NCBI GenBank assembly: GCA_903813345.2
Contig: CAIIXF020000001.1
Span: 35,216,001 to 35,280,000, forward strand
DNA from: Owenia fusiformis
Lineage: Eukaryota
Reading direction: 5' to 3'
Length of the DNA stretch: 64,000 nucleotides
Shown: positions 1 through 13,082 of the stretch, piece by piece
Numbering within the stretch: position 1 is the first letter of the stretch
Layout of the letters: each line of letters starts with the position of its first letter
The notes under the pieces: model-generated
The model's input: the letters and a program-made list of their open reading frames with translations, nothing else
What the model was told of the DNA's origin: nothing
The model's database searches: none
Program-made: the position numbers and the translations under genes

Positions 1-753
1 CGGTTGACGGATTTCATTCAAATTTTAAAGGCTTATGCCTTATTGGTGTAGGACCTTCGCTTGAGAAGGAATTTTCAATATGTCCGCTTCATTCAAAATG
101 GTGGCCATTTTTTGGAAAAATATAATCTTTGATAACTCAAATACCAGTTGATGGATTTGGTTCAAATTCTATATGCTGATGCCTAGAGACAAAGAAGTTC
201 TGCGCAAGAAGACATTTTCAAGATGGCTACTGAATTTCAAAATGGCTGCCATTTTTCGTAAAACAAACGTTATCATTGATAACTCAAATACCAGTGGATG
301 GATTGGTTCCAATTTTATATGCTGATGTTTAGGAAAAAAGGAGATCTGCTTCAGAAGAAATTTCAAAGGCATCAGCTGAATTTCAAAATGGCTGCAATTT
401 TTCATAAAAAAGGTAATCTTTGATAACTCAAATACCATTGGACAGATTTACTTCAAATTTAATATACTGATGCCTAGAGGTAAAGGAGCTGTGCTTGGAA
501 AAATTTTCAAGGTGGCTGCTTATCAAAATCTCCGCCATTTTTCATTAAACATGTAATCCTTGATAACTCAAGTACCAGTTGACGGATTTGGATTAAATTG
601 TATATTCTGATGCCTTGGGACATATAAAAACATAATCTTTGATAATTCAAATACCAGTGGATGGATTTGGCTCAAATTTTATATGGCCGCTATTTATCAA
701 AACATGTTTTGTTCGGTGGGATTTGCTACTCCGTGGAGTTGCTGTTTTTCTAG
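1..753 (+). mobile_element. Non-autonomous Helentron/Helitron-type element (HINE-like family A), 5' end outside the window, with ~5 internal tandem units
   Basis: Core GATAACTCAAATACCA recurs at ~131, 278, 422, 562 and 641. Ends GTTCGGTGGGATTT + hairpin GCTACTCC-GT-GGAGTTGC + TGTTTTTCTAG|T. Bases 1-180 match the reverse complement of ~62790-62960. Confidence 0.75.
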
Positions 754-3700
754 TTGATTCAGGAACTGCTCCTTGTATGAGAACACCCCCAGTATACAAC
801 TGAGAGTAAAAAGTTATTTGACATCATCAGATAAATGGTCTATTGAACAGGAATGAACAAGCACTTTTAGTACATGCATTATTTTGATGAGCTTATAATG
901 CGTGAAAATATATCTGAAAAATGAGTATTAAGATCATGGTGTGGCTTGATATGATATTGTTATTCCACCTGCTGTTTCATTACTAATCATAACCTTAATA
1001 GTTATTAAACCAGAAGTATGATAAATACATGCAATTAATCTCAATGAAGGAAATTGATATCTGCACTTGCAGTACCATTTGTGTAGAGTTATGAGCTATG
1101 GTAATCCTCACTTGTCTGGATGTCCATGTTTAACAACATTATTAAGATTACACTATGTTTTAGAACATTGGCTGCGTCAATATTGAGAAAATAATATGTT
1201 TCACATAATATGCATTACCTATATTTGATGATCTTAAATTCTTAACTTTTGTATGGCATTAACAAAATTTGTTTCTGTTTATTTATTTCTGATATCTACG
1301 AGTATATATGCTACACTTTTAATTGGTTCCTAATTTTTTTTAAACATGCTGAAGCCTATCGCCTTCATAACTTTTAATAGAACATGGGTATGTCATATTT
1401 TTAAAACCACATATCTGTTCTTATTTTGACAAATTGAGAAATATTTGTATTTTGTATCAAAAAGAACTGCATGAAACAAATTGCCTGAACCTATGTCCTG
1501 TTATCAGGTTTGTGCAAGGCTTGGCTGGAAATTAATATTATATATGCTTTAAATGTTATTAATTCATATACAAGGAGGAATATTCATATCAGATACCCTG
1601 AGGAATTCAGATTGTTATAAATGATCTCCGGAATATATACTGACAGTTTGGTCGTAAAAATGTTATTATTGTGGAAGTAGATCAGATACAGATATGGAAA
1701 GAGCATTTCAATGCTGGAAATGTGGACTGGATGTAATACATGTTATATTTACAACTGGCTGGTATAACAAGGAAGGGAAATTATTGTTATAATCACCCTG
1801 ACAACAAGCATTGTTTTAATAGATACATTGGGATAAATATAAATATGACTTGATGCATTAATATAGAATCATATCACAAGAATTTACAGATAAACTATTG
1901 CAGAAACCTAAAATGATTTCTGAAACTTTTATATGATGTAAGCTGAAAGAACAGTTCTCAAAATGGATATAAACTAATAAAACATTAAAGGCTACCTGTT
2001 AAGGTGATAACTATGGGAGGTAAAGGATCAAAGAGAAAGTTCAAACTAGAACAGTACCAGGTAAGGAAATTTTAACTTATCCCCTAAGGTGTAACTATTA
2101 TATTTATTGAAATCGTGTTTTGTTTAACCTTCAAGATAGGTGTTAGAATTTCAGTTATTTGATATACAGTATTGTTAGATGCTTGAGGGTTTAATTATTG
2201 AAAATTTCTACTTGCACGATAGTTTAGTGCTTTTTGCGAAATTGATGTTTTATTACATAAAACGAATAGTTATAATGTCATGTAATAGAAGTCCGAATAC
2301 CTCCCAATACAAAAACTTTGTCTGGTCCTACTTTCCCATTCACTCCCATGTTAAAAAACAATTCAAACAGACAATACTCATCTTTGAAAAATTAACCTTA
2401 CAAAATTACTGAAATATTTTCAATTTAACACTGATTTGTTATGATATCAAAACTTGAAAAAACATCAAATTGTCTCAATTATAATGGATCTTTATAGGAT
2501 GACTTCATTTGATGCACTAAAGCTGGGTGGTTAATAGGAATATTAATATTCATTGAGAATGCATTTATATTTCTTCAAAATCCAGAATCTTGCAGATGCA
2601 AAAACCTTAAAATCTGAATGGCTCCTAATCTGAATGCTTTTAGGCGATCCCAATAGCTTTCGGTTTAAACAGGTTTGAACAGGTTTTACTGTGCATTGTA
2701 CTTTGAAACATTGTGATTGATGAAGTTCCGCAGTAGTCAACTCGTCCTAAAATGATCATGAACATTTCCTGCTATTTTGTAGATTGCAATTGAGCTTTAA
2801 TTGAAACATGCTATGATGATCTCGCCTCTCGGTGTTGTACCTTATTAACAATCTTTTTGATGAAGTTGAAAACCAAATGAGTTTGTATGCAACAATTACT
2901 GAATTTATGAAAATGGGATTTCTTTTCTCAGAATGTTCCCCCTTGAAAAATTCAAAGGAGATCAGTTGAATGTGGAGGACCATTTGTTGTGGCAACAAGT
3001 AGAATAGTTTTTGAATTAAGAGTTCAACTTAAGTACAGATCAAATGTACATATTCTAATAAACAAAGAGAATCCTCAGGCATCACACAACATATTAAGCA
3101 TATTAAACATATTAAAGTTGATTGAACAGCCGCATTTACTTTGTGTTAAGGGGACGTGTCAAGGTATCTGCCATAATATCCAGGACATATTTTCAATTAA
3201 ATAGCACGTAACCGGTCTTATCATAATTCTCCCAGACAAGAATGGCAGTCCCGACACTTTAGTCGTGCCCTGTAAAGAACACAGCAAGCATGCATACATG
3301 TAGGTGTATGAAGCTTAAAATTCACATAATGGATGATATTATGGGTTTGAACCTGTTTCCTGAACTGGTTTATAGATCTGAATGATGTTGTTCTCATTAT
3401 TGGCTTCAGTGCCTTCAACATTTAACATAATCTTCATCAATCACAATGTTTCAAAGTAACCGTTCACATTGAGTACCTCATTGCCCTTGGCAGTACTTAG
3501 ATTATCCCATGGACAATTATTCATGTGATCCTGAAGATAATCCCCATCCTTCAAATGAGACTTCTGTGGATGTGAAACAGCTTATATACCCAAAAAAATA
3601 TCCTGTCATCAATTATATTTCCATGATTTTGGTTCACCTGCTTCTCTGTCTTCATCTTAAACTAAACATTTGGCGTGCAAACCTTTTTGAAACTTTGAAC

Positions 3701-4267
3701 TTAAAAGTAATAATAATACCCATGTATTTCCTCACATTGTCATATGAGTCAGTTGACTCCTTCAGTTCATTTATTCTTCACTCAACATTCATTTTAAAGA
3801 AAAAACACTAAATTTAAAGCGCTTTAGAGGAAAGCGCTTTACAAAATCGCCATCCTGAGTACACCAACAATTCTAAAGCGCCTTAGGAATTTTATTTTGG
3901 AATTATACCTGTCATTTCTAAAACGCATTTCGTGCACTTTTAACGATGTAGATATGGAGAATACCCAGCAGATGTGTACATCTACAATAAATGTATTCTT
4001 TTAGCATCTAAGAGAAAACGTAATCGAGACTTTTGCCAGTGATGTGAACTTACTTTCAATTTTTGCGATATGATATGATGACCTAATGCATTTTTTGGCT
4101 CCCATCCATCATTTCCTATATTTTTGCGGTGGCCCAACTGTGTAATATTCGAAATACGTCTTATTTAGTTTAGGGCAAATGGTAAAAACCCGGTAAAGGC
4201 GTTTTACAAAAACCGATCAGTATTTCACTACACTCTAAAATCGCCTAATGATTTTAGGCGTTTTCTA

Positions 4268-6007
4268 GTGACTGGGGTTCTAGGAGTTTTGGAAAAGTGC
4301 TTTTGTAAGACCACAATCGTGATTATCTACTGTGATATTTTGAATAAAAGACTTGTAACTTTTTTGGAAACCAATGGTAAACTCAGTGATGAACAAAATG
4401 GCTTCCGACCAAAAAGAGGATGCCTCGACCATGTTCAAAGTCTACATAGTATCATCAACAATCGCAAAGTATCTAAACTCGACACTTTTGTTTGCTATGT
4501 GGACGCAGTTAAAGCGTTTGACAAATTAGATAGAAACTGCCTATGGTTTAAGCTAAACAGAATTGGTGTTAAAGGTAAAATCTTCGATGCGATTAGGTCC
4601 CTCTATCAAGATGTGACATGTTCGATCCGACTAAATGGACATTTAACTCCATGGTTTTCTGTCAGCAATGGCTCGAAGCAGGGCTGTTTGTTGAGTCCGA
4701 CATTATTTTCGATCTACGTTGACGAGATCTCGAACATCATCAAACAACTGAGATGTGGCGTTCAAGTCGGAGATGAACTGGTTAGCATTTTACTCTATGC
4801 AGATGATATAGCCCTCATCTCTGGGACGGCAGAGGACCTACAACGTATGCTGAATGCCCTCTATATATGGTGTCGGAAATGGAGACTCACAGTCAGCAAG
4901 AAAAAATCTAAAATTGTCCATTACCGCCCCGCTGCCAGGCCCCGATCAACTCATGTATTCAAATGTGGCCCAAAAACACTTGATTATGCAAACTCATACA
5001 AATACCTTGGTGTCTGGCTAAGTGAACATGTTGATGCTAAGATCACAGCAAAAGAAATAGCAAAGTCAGCTAGTTGTGCCCTGGCAGTGTTAACATGTAA
5101 ATTCAAAGCTGCAGGCGGAATGGACTATGTAGTTTATACAAAGCTATATGATACAATAGTTCAGCCAATCATAAATTATGGTACCTCAATCATTGGTCTA
5201 AATGAGCATCGCTGTATCAATAATGTACAAAATAAAGCAACAAAAATATTCCTAGGAGTAGGCCAAAAGACAAGCAATGAAGGAGCGAGAGGTGACATGG
5301 GATGGAGCCCTCCTATCCACAAGCAAAAGTTGGAGTGTGCCCGACTATATTTGCGACTCCACAATATGGAAAATACCAGACTAAATAACCGGATACATAT
5401 ATGGTCACTACGGAGAAAATCAAGCTGGAATTTCCGCACAAAACATTTCATTGAATCTTGTGGTATACTTCTGAACAATCAGTACATTGAGATAAAACCA
5501 TGTATTAAAGCTATTAAATATCACCTCCAAACTATTGATCCTTTTCTTCGAAATATCTGGAACGATAAAAATAATGAAACAAATGGCAACAAACTTAGAA
5601 CATATCGTCAATTTAAATATGGTGCATCAACCGAAGCGTACATTGAAATGTTTATGCCTCGCCATCATAGAAGTATCCTTGCAAAACTAAGAACTGGAGC
5701 ATTAAAACTGAACATTGAAACAGGCCGTTATACCAATACACCCCTAGAGGAACGAAAATGTGCTTTATGTGACACTAATGAGATTGAGGATGAGATACAC
5801 TTCACTCTCAGGTGCTCTCACTACAATGATTTGAGAAATAATTTTCTAGCTTCTGTTAATACACTGGCCCCTAACATTGATACTGGTACAAATGATCATA
5901 TTATGCTGTTCTCTAGACTTATGCACACACCCTGTATACAGAGAACCTTTGCAAGTACACTGTTTAAGATGTTCAGTAAAAGGAACTTTGATCTAGAAAG
6001 ACTTTAA
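4268..6007 (+). CDS. LINE ORF2 remnant: reverse transcriptase plus C-terminal CCHC-type zinc knuckle
   Basis: Motifs EQNGFR, YVDAVKAFD, KQGCLLSPTLF, LLYADD, YKYLG; C-terminal CALC...H....C. The first ~19 codons are probably flanking DNA. Confidence 0.85.
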   Translation: MTGVLGVLEKCFCKTTIVIIYCDILNKRLVTFLETNGKLSDEQNGFRPKRGCLDHVQSLHSIINNRKVSKLDTFVCYVDAVKAFDKLDRNCLWFKLNRIGVKGKIFDAIRSLYQDVTCSIRLNGHLTPWFSVSNGSKQGCLLSPTLFSIYVDEISNIIKQLRCGVQVGDELVSILLYADDIALISGTAEDLQRMLNALYIWCRKWRLTVSKKKSKIVHYRPAARPRSTHVFKCGPKTLDYANSYKYLGVWLSEHVDAKITAKEIAKSASCALAVLTCKFKAAGGMDYVVYTKLYDTIVQPIINYGTSIIGLNEHRCINNVQNKATKIFLGVGQKTSNEGARGDMGWSPPIHKQKLECARLYLRLHNMENTRLNNRIHIWSLRRKSSWNFRTKHFIESCGILLNNQYIEIKPCIKAIKYHLQTIDPFLRNIWNDKNNETNGNKLRTYRQFKYGASTEAYIEMFMPRHHRSILAKLRTGALKLNIETGRYTNTPLEERKCALCDTNEIEDEIHFTLRCSHYNDLRNNFLASVNTLAPNIDTGTNDHIMLFSRLMHTPCIQRTFASTLFKMFSKRNFDLERL

Positions 6008-6630
6008 CAGAACCTATATTTGTAATTACTCAAGAATAGCAAACTAATGAATTGTCTCATATTCTATTTTGTTATAAGCACAGAAATGTTATCTGTCAAT
6101 GGTCAGTTATATATTTATATAGTATGACTGGATGGAGGCCATATAAAATCGATTTTGCCACTTTACAGCACCTTTTACTCACTATTTAGAATTGTGATAC
6201 TGTCATAATGTATAAATGATGCATAAATATTTCCATAATAATGTATAACATAATAGCAACTCTGTAAATCTACTACATTGTGGGGACCCCTTTGGGGGTA
6301 TTGGACCAACCAGAGGGCCCTCACATCACCAATTGATCATGGTTTCTTTTTCCACTTATCTACAGGAACATCAACCTTGGGGAAGATGTCTCCTTTCAGT
6401 ATAAGTAAAGGAACAATGAACTTTGTATACATGGTCTCTATGACTGTTTATTTTGCATTTAGTAAGTTTACATTGAAAATTGAATATTTTGTTGAAAAAT
6501 GAATATTTTGTATACATGTACATATGGTGTCTCATAAGCCGGCATCGGCTGGAAGCAAATGTTTTTAAAATGTTTTAAATGTATTTTAACATGCTTGTGA
6601 CACAAAAATAAACTATATTAAACTATTAAA
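4325..6630 (+). mobile_element. 5'-truncated non-LTR retrotransposon (CR1/L2/RTE-X-like; clade unresolved)
   Basis: Uninterrupted RT ORF to 6007, then a ~620-bp 3' UTR ending AAAAATAAACTATATTAAACTATTAAA (short-repeat tail). No endonuclease domain is present. Confidence 0.88.
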
Positions 6631-8597
6631 ACCTTAGGCGCCTTTCTAAAACGCATGGTGTAATTCCAGCAATAGAAAATGTCTTGAATCTTGCAATTTG
6701 TAGTACTATTGAATAAGTCTCTGACCATTCAACCTTCCTCTATTTAATGTGCTTATGACTGTTATACTCTTAGATGTTGTGTTTTTCTTGCTGTGTTCTG
6801 TAACCATATTTTGGTACTTTCCCATTATCATTTGTGCATACATATTTATGGGGACTCGGGGGAGGTGGGATGGCATGATGCAAGACTGAACCCATGCAGG
6901 CTGTACTAGATAGAAGACATCTCTTTCATTTTTCAACAAATATAGCCTCACGTGACGCGGGGCAGTCAATTTTGATCTATCGTAGACCATATCACTATCA
7001 AATTGCCGATATTTCAACCTTGTCTTGCGAGGCCATCTTAATTTGAAACATCTTGAATTTGGTGTCAAAATAAAGCTGGTCACGCCCACTTTCATAGTTA
7101 TCAATGAATCATTTACTACGACTACTATATTCATTCAGGAGGCGTGTAAAGTTAACCAATCAGAAAGACAATTGTTCTATATATGGCAGTTCATTAACAT
7201 ATTCAGTGTTTACTACTGCTTTTCGCGTCATGACAACATGAGTAGTAACCAATCAAGATGCCTTATTTTATCACGCGAGTTCAGAGTGACATGCACATGA
7301 GCATGTCACTCTGTCCAGAGAAATCAGCGATTCTAAATTAAGATAGGATCTGTCATTTTTCCTGTACAAGTTATGACTTTTCTCTATCGAATCCTAAAGT
7401 TTTAGATGAAGATATGAAGCATACGTTTAAAAACGAAGCGATTAATTTGATGATCTGATTTTGCAATTTGCAATGGCCAATTTACTGCAAGTCTGCGTGT
7501 TTTTACAAGAGATAGTGCCAAGTCTTGTATCTAAATGCTTGACGTTAAGTCACTCAAAAACAAGATCCATATTTTTTAAATTTGATAACTTTGCAGAAAA
7601 CCATAAGCTGTTTTCCGCGTCTTAATTCAAACTGAATAATAGGATCGCTGGGATCCTCAGTCAATGGCAACGGGTCTTCATTCCAGAATTCATCTTTTTA
7701 GTTGATTCTCCGTCATCAGAACTTGTCTAAAGTTCCCATATCTGCTCTCTTACTGGCATACTTGGACACATTTTCCCTCCTTAAGGAGGCGTATAGCCTT
7801 TTTATTTTTTCGTGAAGCCACTCTGTAAAATTACAATTTCTCTGCAACCTGATGCCCAATCAAGATCGTTCAAGTATCTATGTGTTCCTGACACGTTATG
7901 GGCGTCCGGGAATAACAATGTCTACCCAAAGTTTGCACACGGAATTGACATAATTCATGACTGAAATCAGGAAGACAAAATTTTAGATTCACAAACAAAA
8001 TTGCTTATGAAAACTAGGCATTGACTGCTATGCGTAATGGTCACATGACTAGCGCGATACAGGAAAAATGGAGAATTTCGGAACAACAATTTTTTGGCAC
8101 TTTTATGCCTTTTTTGCTCTTAAATTAACATCTTTAAATGGATCACAAGATTGCTTGAAAGGAAGCACAAATAAGGCATGTCAATGGTCTGCTCTGCAAT
8201 AAACTTGATGAAGAACCTAATAAAAGCCTAGTTTATTCTCAGAATCAAGCCTTCCTCAACAATTCATATTTCTATTGGCTTAGGGTGTTAGAATCATGAG
8301 GTTTTTTCTATCTATTTAACCCCTTTTATGTTTAAAAGTGTTGCGCTAATTATCCCAACAAATTAAGTTACACAGGAGTAAATGCCTCAACTTTTGATAT
8401 TATTGTTACTGACTCTTTCTACATTGTTGGTGATATTTTTCTTTATTATTATATTATTTTATGCATTGAAAGTGTTCCCTATGTAAAATAGGCAATATAA
8501 ATGAAATTTCACTAAATTGCTATAAAGTAGTAAATGGTCATTCCTTTCATGTTCATGATAAGGGCATTAATTTGTTGTTAGACCTACGCAGTAAGGT

Positions 8598-8972
8598 GCC
8601 CTGCAAAGGCTAATACATTTGTTTGACTTACTTCTTAAAAGAGAGCTTCGTCTTCACTCTTTCAGTTTACAATAAATCTCTGAACTCATCGAGCCAATCA
8701 AGAGTTTACTGTCGAAATATGGTCAACTTACTATATAGGGTCATTTCCTCTGACTTCATTGCAAAAATGAGCATGCATCAAGGTGCGCATCTAGCATGTG
8801 TTCTTTCCAGTTTGCTGATTCATTGAGAAAAGGTCAGCGTTGTAGCCAGTATGTTTGAAATGATTTATGACCCAGGCTGTCATGGGCGTCAGTCATGGGA
8901 CAGGGCTGCTAAACTGTAATGATATAGTCTATACTAGGCAAAGGGTAATTTATAACTAGATCTGCACAGGGT
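8598..8972. repeat. Interspersed repeat (unclassified non-autonomous element), copy 1
   Basis: Shares CTTCTTAAAAGAGAGCTTCGTCTTCACTCTTTCAGTTTACAATAAATCTCTGA and GGGCTGCTAAACTGTAAT...TATAGTCTATACTAGGCA with 33770-34085. Confidence 0.75.
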
Positions 8973-9762
8973 AGCAGTAGCAGTACAGTACCCCAAACCT
9001 CTTGTATTCTAGTGACTTTTAACACAGTAAAATTTCTTGTAACTACAGTACTCAAGTTTTCAATTTGTCATCACTCTCAATCCATATGTAGATTGAATGT
9101 TTGAAAGATTGTTTGAAAATGACTTATGAAGAATAAAAATGTCTCTATGGGTTGCTGAATAATAGAATTATTGCTTTGACTAATTAAAATTTGCCAGTAT
9201 GTTATATCTATTTTATATATGTAATATTGGGAATGTATGAGAACATTTAGACTGTATTTTTGTATGCCCTCAGTGCTAGTGAATTGCGTAATATTTTAAC
9301 GAGGTTTCTAAAGGACGATAAGCCATGCAGTGCAAATTACATCTCATGTGTTTTCAACAAAAATAGCTTATCCAAGTGCATCTACACTGCAATATACTTG
9401 CGCCATGGGCAGTTAAAAAACTCATCACAATCACTTATAAACAAAGCTAATTATTAAATGCAAATCGTTTTTTGATTACTCTTACCTATTTTGAGAAATG
9501 GTGTCCAGAAAAATAAAAAGTTTAAATTAGATTTAAAGATATTCATAACTACAATCTTCCACGATCGTTTTGAGTTTAAAATAGGTTTCAGTGATAATAG
9601 AGGACCAGAAATGTACATGCTTATAAATTAGGTCATTTTCCCCATTTTAGTGATTACTGCACCATACTTTCAAATTGCTTTTAACAGGCAAAATCTCCTG
9701 TTGTTTTAGGGACTTCAACTTTTCCATGTTAAATTGATGATTTCCATTAATTTTGCCTGTTA

Positions 9763-9928
9763 TTTAAGGATTTAAGCCCTGGACTCAGTGCATTAGTTGC
9801 TGAATCATACCATGAAGGTGTTGTTTCCAAACCTTTGCATGACCGCACAGCGGGAAAGTTTAGGAAACAACGCCTGAGTGGAATGAAGCAGCAAACAATG
9901 CACTGAGTCCAGGGCTTAAATCCTTAAA
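9763..9928. repeat. Long imperfect palindrome (fold-back element)
   Basis: Outer arms TTTAAGGATTTAAGCCCTGGACTCAGTGCATT / AATGCACTGAGTCCAGGGCTTAAATCCTTAAA are perfect reverse complements; pairing continues inward imperfectly. Confidence 0.85.
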
Positions 9929-12390
9929 CAACAGTAAGTGAATACTTTCCTGATATTATTGTTTTATCCAAGAACTGCAGATATTGATATAGTAATACAC
10001 ACCCATCTAATCCACTACACATAGTGTAAACTAGAGATCCGTGAGGGCTCTTGCAATTTATGTCCAATGGCGATATGAGTTGTAACATACACAGGATGAA
10101 TAACAGTCATATCATTTTCGAAATGAAAGCACATAACTTCAAGTTTTCAAAGCATTATCCAGGTCAAACCTTAACAAATGACCAAATGTTTTGATCTTAA
10201 GTTAAATAACTTAAGTAAAAAGTTAAGCATCAAAATTTAAGAACTACAGCGCATTTGACTTTTAAAAACATTTATATAAAGTTTAGAGTTTTATGGTTCA
10301 CGCTGAATATATCTTATCCTGAAGTCAGTATTGTAGATATGTATCTCTATTCAATCTCTTGTATTGTGGACCCCTAGTGTAAATGCAATATTGGATGTTG
10401 CACACACTATGCTTTAAGCCACGTTTAGTCGATCTATGATTCTATGTTCTACATTATCTCTATACTTTTCTGTCCAATTAAAGGTGTCATTGTTGTGATG
10501 CATGAATTTGTCATAATTATACTATATGTTGACTTCATGAAGAATGGATAAAACAATAATGTTCATTGGTTGGGGCAATTAGTAAGGTTAGAGGCAATTA
10601 GCAACGTTAAGAGCAGTTAATGGTGGTTAATGATACAGAGCTCATCTCTTGGGAACTATGGTCAGACAATATTCTGCTTGTGCTCTGATAATTGATTCTA
10701 TGTTATTGTCATGGAAGTCCCAAATGGACATGATTACATAGAAGACCACACCCAGGAAATGTCACTTCATTCCATTAAAAGAAGTTGATCTATGATCTAA
10801 CATCTTACTAACCATTCTTGGACAAACTCCTTTATATAGTTGCTGTATAGCAGTAAAGCCCGATCTCGAAGGATGCTTTCTACTTACCCAATAAACATCA
10901 GTTTGGTTTATAAACTTACCATAATTCGAGCTAAAATGGTAGATGTTTACTTTCAGGTTTTTTTCTGCTCATGTTGAAAAGTGGTGTGAGCGCTGTACAG
11001 TTGATTGACAGATTGATCTCTTGTGCTCCTTAAATTGAAAGAGCATACGTGATTTCATTTTCACTGGCAGGAAAGTTTTAGAGAAACATAAAGATTTGAT
11101 TACATTTGATTAGTCTTGTTTTGATCCAATATAGGTAAAACTGCAACTTGGTTTGAAATAATAGGGGACAGACTATTTAGGTTTGTCTGTTTGAAAATCA
11201 CAGATCAAGTTCCATTATACTGTCAAAATCGGCTACATGTTTTTTCCCAATTTTTTCAGACTCGCATTTGTGCATTTGAGCCTGTACCATTATGGTAATA
11301 ATATGAAAGGTTGATCATTTGGTATATGTACCATTACACATGATAAGACTGGGCTATGGTCACATTGAGAATGCAGGGGTGCAGTTTTGTTGGATTTCGA
11401 AGTGATTTACGATTTTTTTGACGGGTGAAAAATTACTTACCCATCGTAATATTGACAGGTGAAATTTGTCACACCATGTGACAGCAATCTAACAGCACAG
11501 CTAGTGCTATTAAGTCAAGTAAGATCTTTGCCTTCTATTTATTGCATGATGCATATCCTACCTGGTATCAGGTGTTTGCCATTAGTAGGCAATTGTGCTA
11601 AAGTTGTTGGTATCAGCACCATTCTAGTATATTTTTCATTTAGATAATCAATTAGTCTGAAAGTATATCATGTTTATTACTGGTTTAAAGCCAAGGAAGC
11701 AATAAAACTGCCAGAAACCCATGTAGAATTATTTATTTCAGCCTAAACTTATCTTTGTCATATTTGTCAAGTCTGAAACTACTATTTAGTAATATCAGAT
11801 TTGAAATGGCATGTAGGGCTTTTGTATGTAGAGTCAGAAACTGTATTACTCTTGTATGTCAGGTGTCTGGGTCATAGTGATGTGCAAGTCAAGGTTTCAA
11901 GCATGAACAATTTTTCAGAAGCTTTACTTCGGAAATATCATCAGGTCTGAAACCATACAATGCCTCAGTCTAAAGCAATATGTTCATGGATGTCCATTCT
12001 GATTTATCAGAGTCCCTCTTTACCTAACGCTTTTGAACTATTCCAAAAGGATAGTAAAGGCTGTGGATCCCACAATGATGGATGTCAGTTGTGAAACAAT
12101 TGATAGTAACCTTAGAACCTTGAGCAAATGTAATATAACTAGATTGATTAGTATTTAATGATCAGAGGGATGATACTTTAATTCTCTCCTGATTGTATTC
12201 ATGGTTAGGGATTATCATAGTTCCATTAATCTAGGTTAGTCCATGTGACTATAGGGTTGATCAGCATTTTGTTAGGAGGCTGGGTTAGACCTTCAGCTAA
12301 TATATCTTGCTTCAGATTAGTATATTTACTTGGAATCAATGCATTGTAATTGTATACAGGACTATATATACATGTATTTATTTTCATAAA

Positions 12391-13082
12391 CTTATCCCAT
12401 CGAACGAAATTCGGAGGGATATAGGGAATGCCTCCGTCCGTCTGTCCGTCCATCCATCCGGGCAATTATTCAAATATCGTTGGCCCAATTTTGTTCATAT
12501 TTTGTGCACATATACCCTATGAGAATGGAGGTTCTGCTCGAAAGCCGATTCTCAAAATGGACGCTCATTTAAAAATGGCAGCCATTTTAGTGCCGATTTT
12601 ACAGTAATTTAGGTGCAATATGTAAAATTGTAAAAGCAATATGTTTTAAATGTAAAAAAATTATATAGGACATTAATAAAGCTAGAAATGTAGATATTAA
12701 AGAAGCACATGGCAGCCATCTTGAAAAATGGCGGCCTTTACTCGTTATTTTACGATTTTTGCTGTCACTTGAAAAGTAGAGGAGCGATTTTGTTCATATT
12801 TGGAATGTAAATAGTATAAGCATGGCATACTGTCTAATGACATTTTTGGTAGAAAGCGGCCATTTTAAAAAATGGCTGCCATTTTAACGTATTTTACTAT
12901 TACTCGAAAAGTAGTGGAGCGATTTTGTTCATATTTGGTATGTGAATACTATAAGCATGCCACACTGTCTAAGGAAACTTTGGGTAGAAGGTGGCCATTT
13001 TTGCTACATACTTTGTTTGTAAAAATGCCAGCCAGGGCTGTTCGATGGGATTTGCTACGCTTTGGCATTGCTGTTGTCTAGT
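12391..13082 (+). mobile_element. Complete HINE-like element (family A relative)
   Basis: 5' subterminal IR TCCCATCGAAC pairs with 3' GTTCGATGGGA; (GTCY/ATCC)n microsatellite at ~12433-12460; internal AAAATGGC-containing repeats; 3' hairpin then CTAG|TT. Confidence 0.8.

Noticed and set aside
3140..3275. GC-richer segment with a minus-strand acceptor-like TTTACAG, possible terminal exon
   Set aside because: All frames stop within ~36 codons, and no homology or partner exon was recognisable.
6706..7134. 142-aa minus-strand ORF
   Set aside because: No recognisable motif or splice-consistent partner exons.
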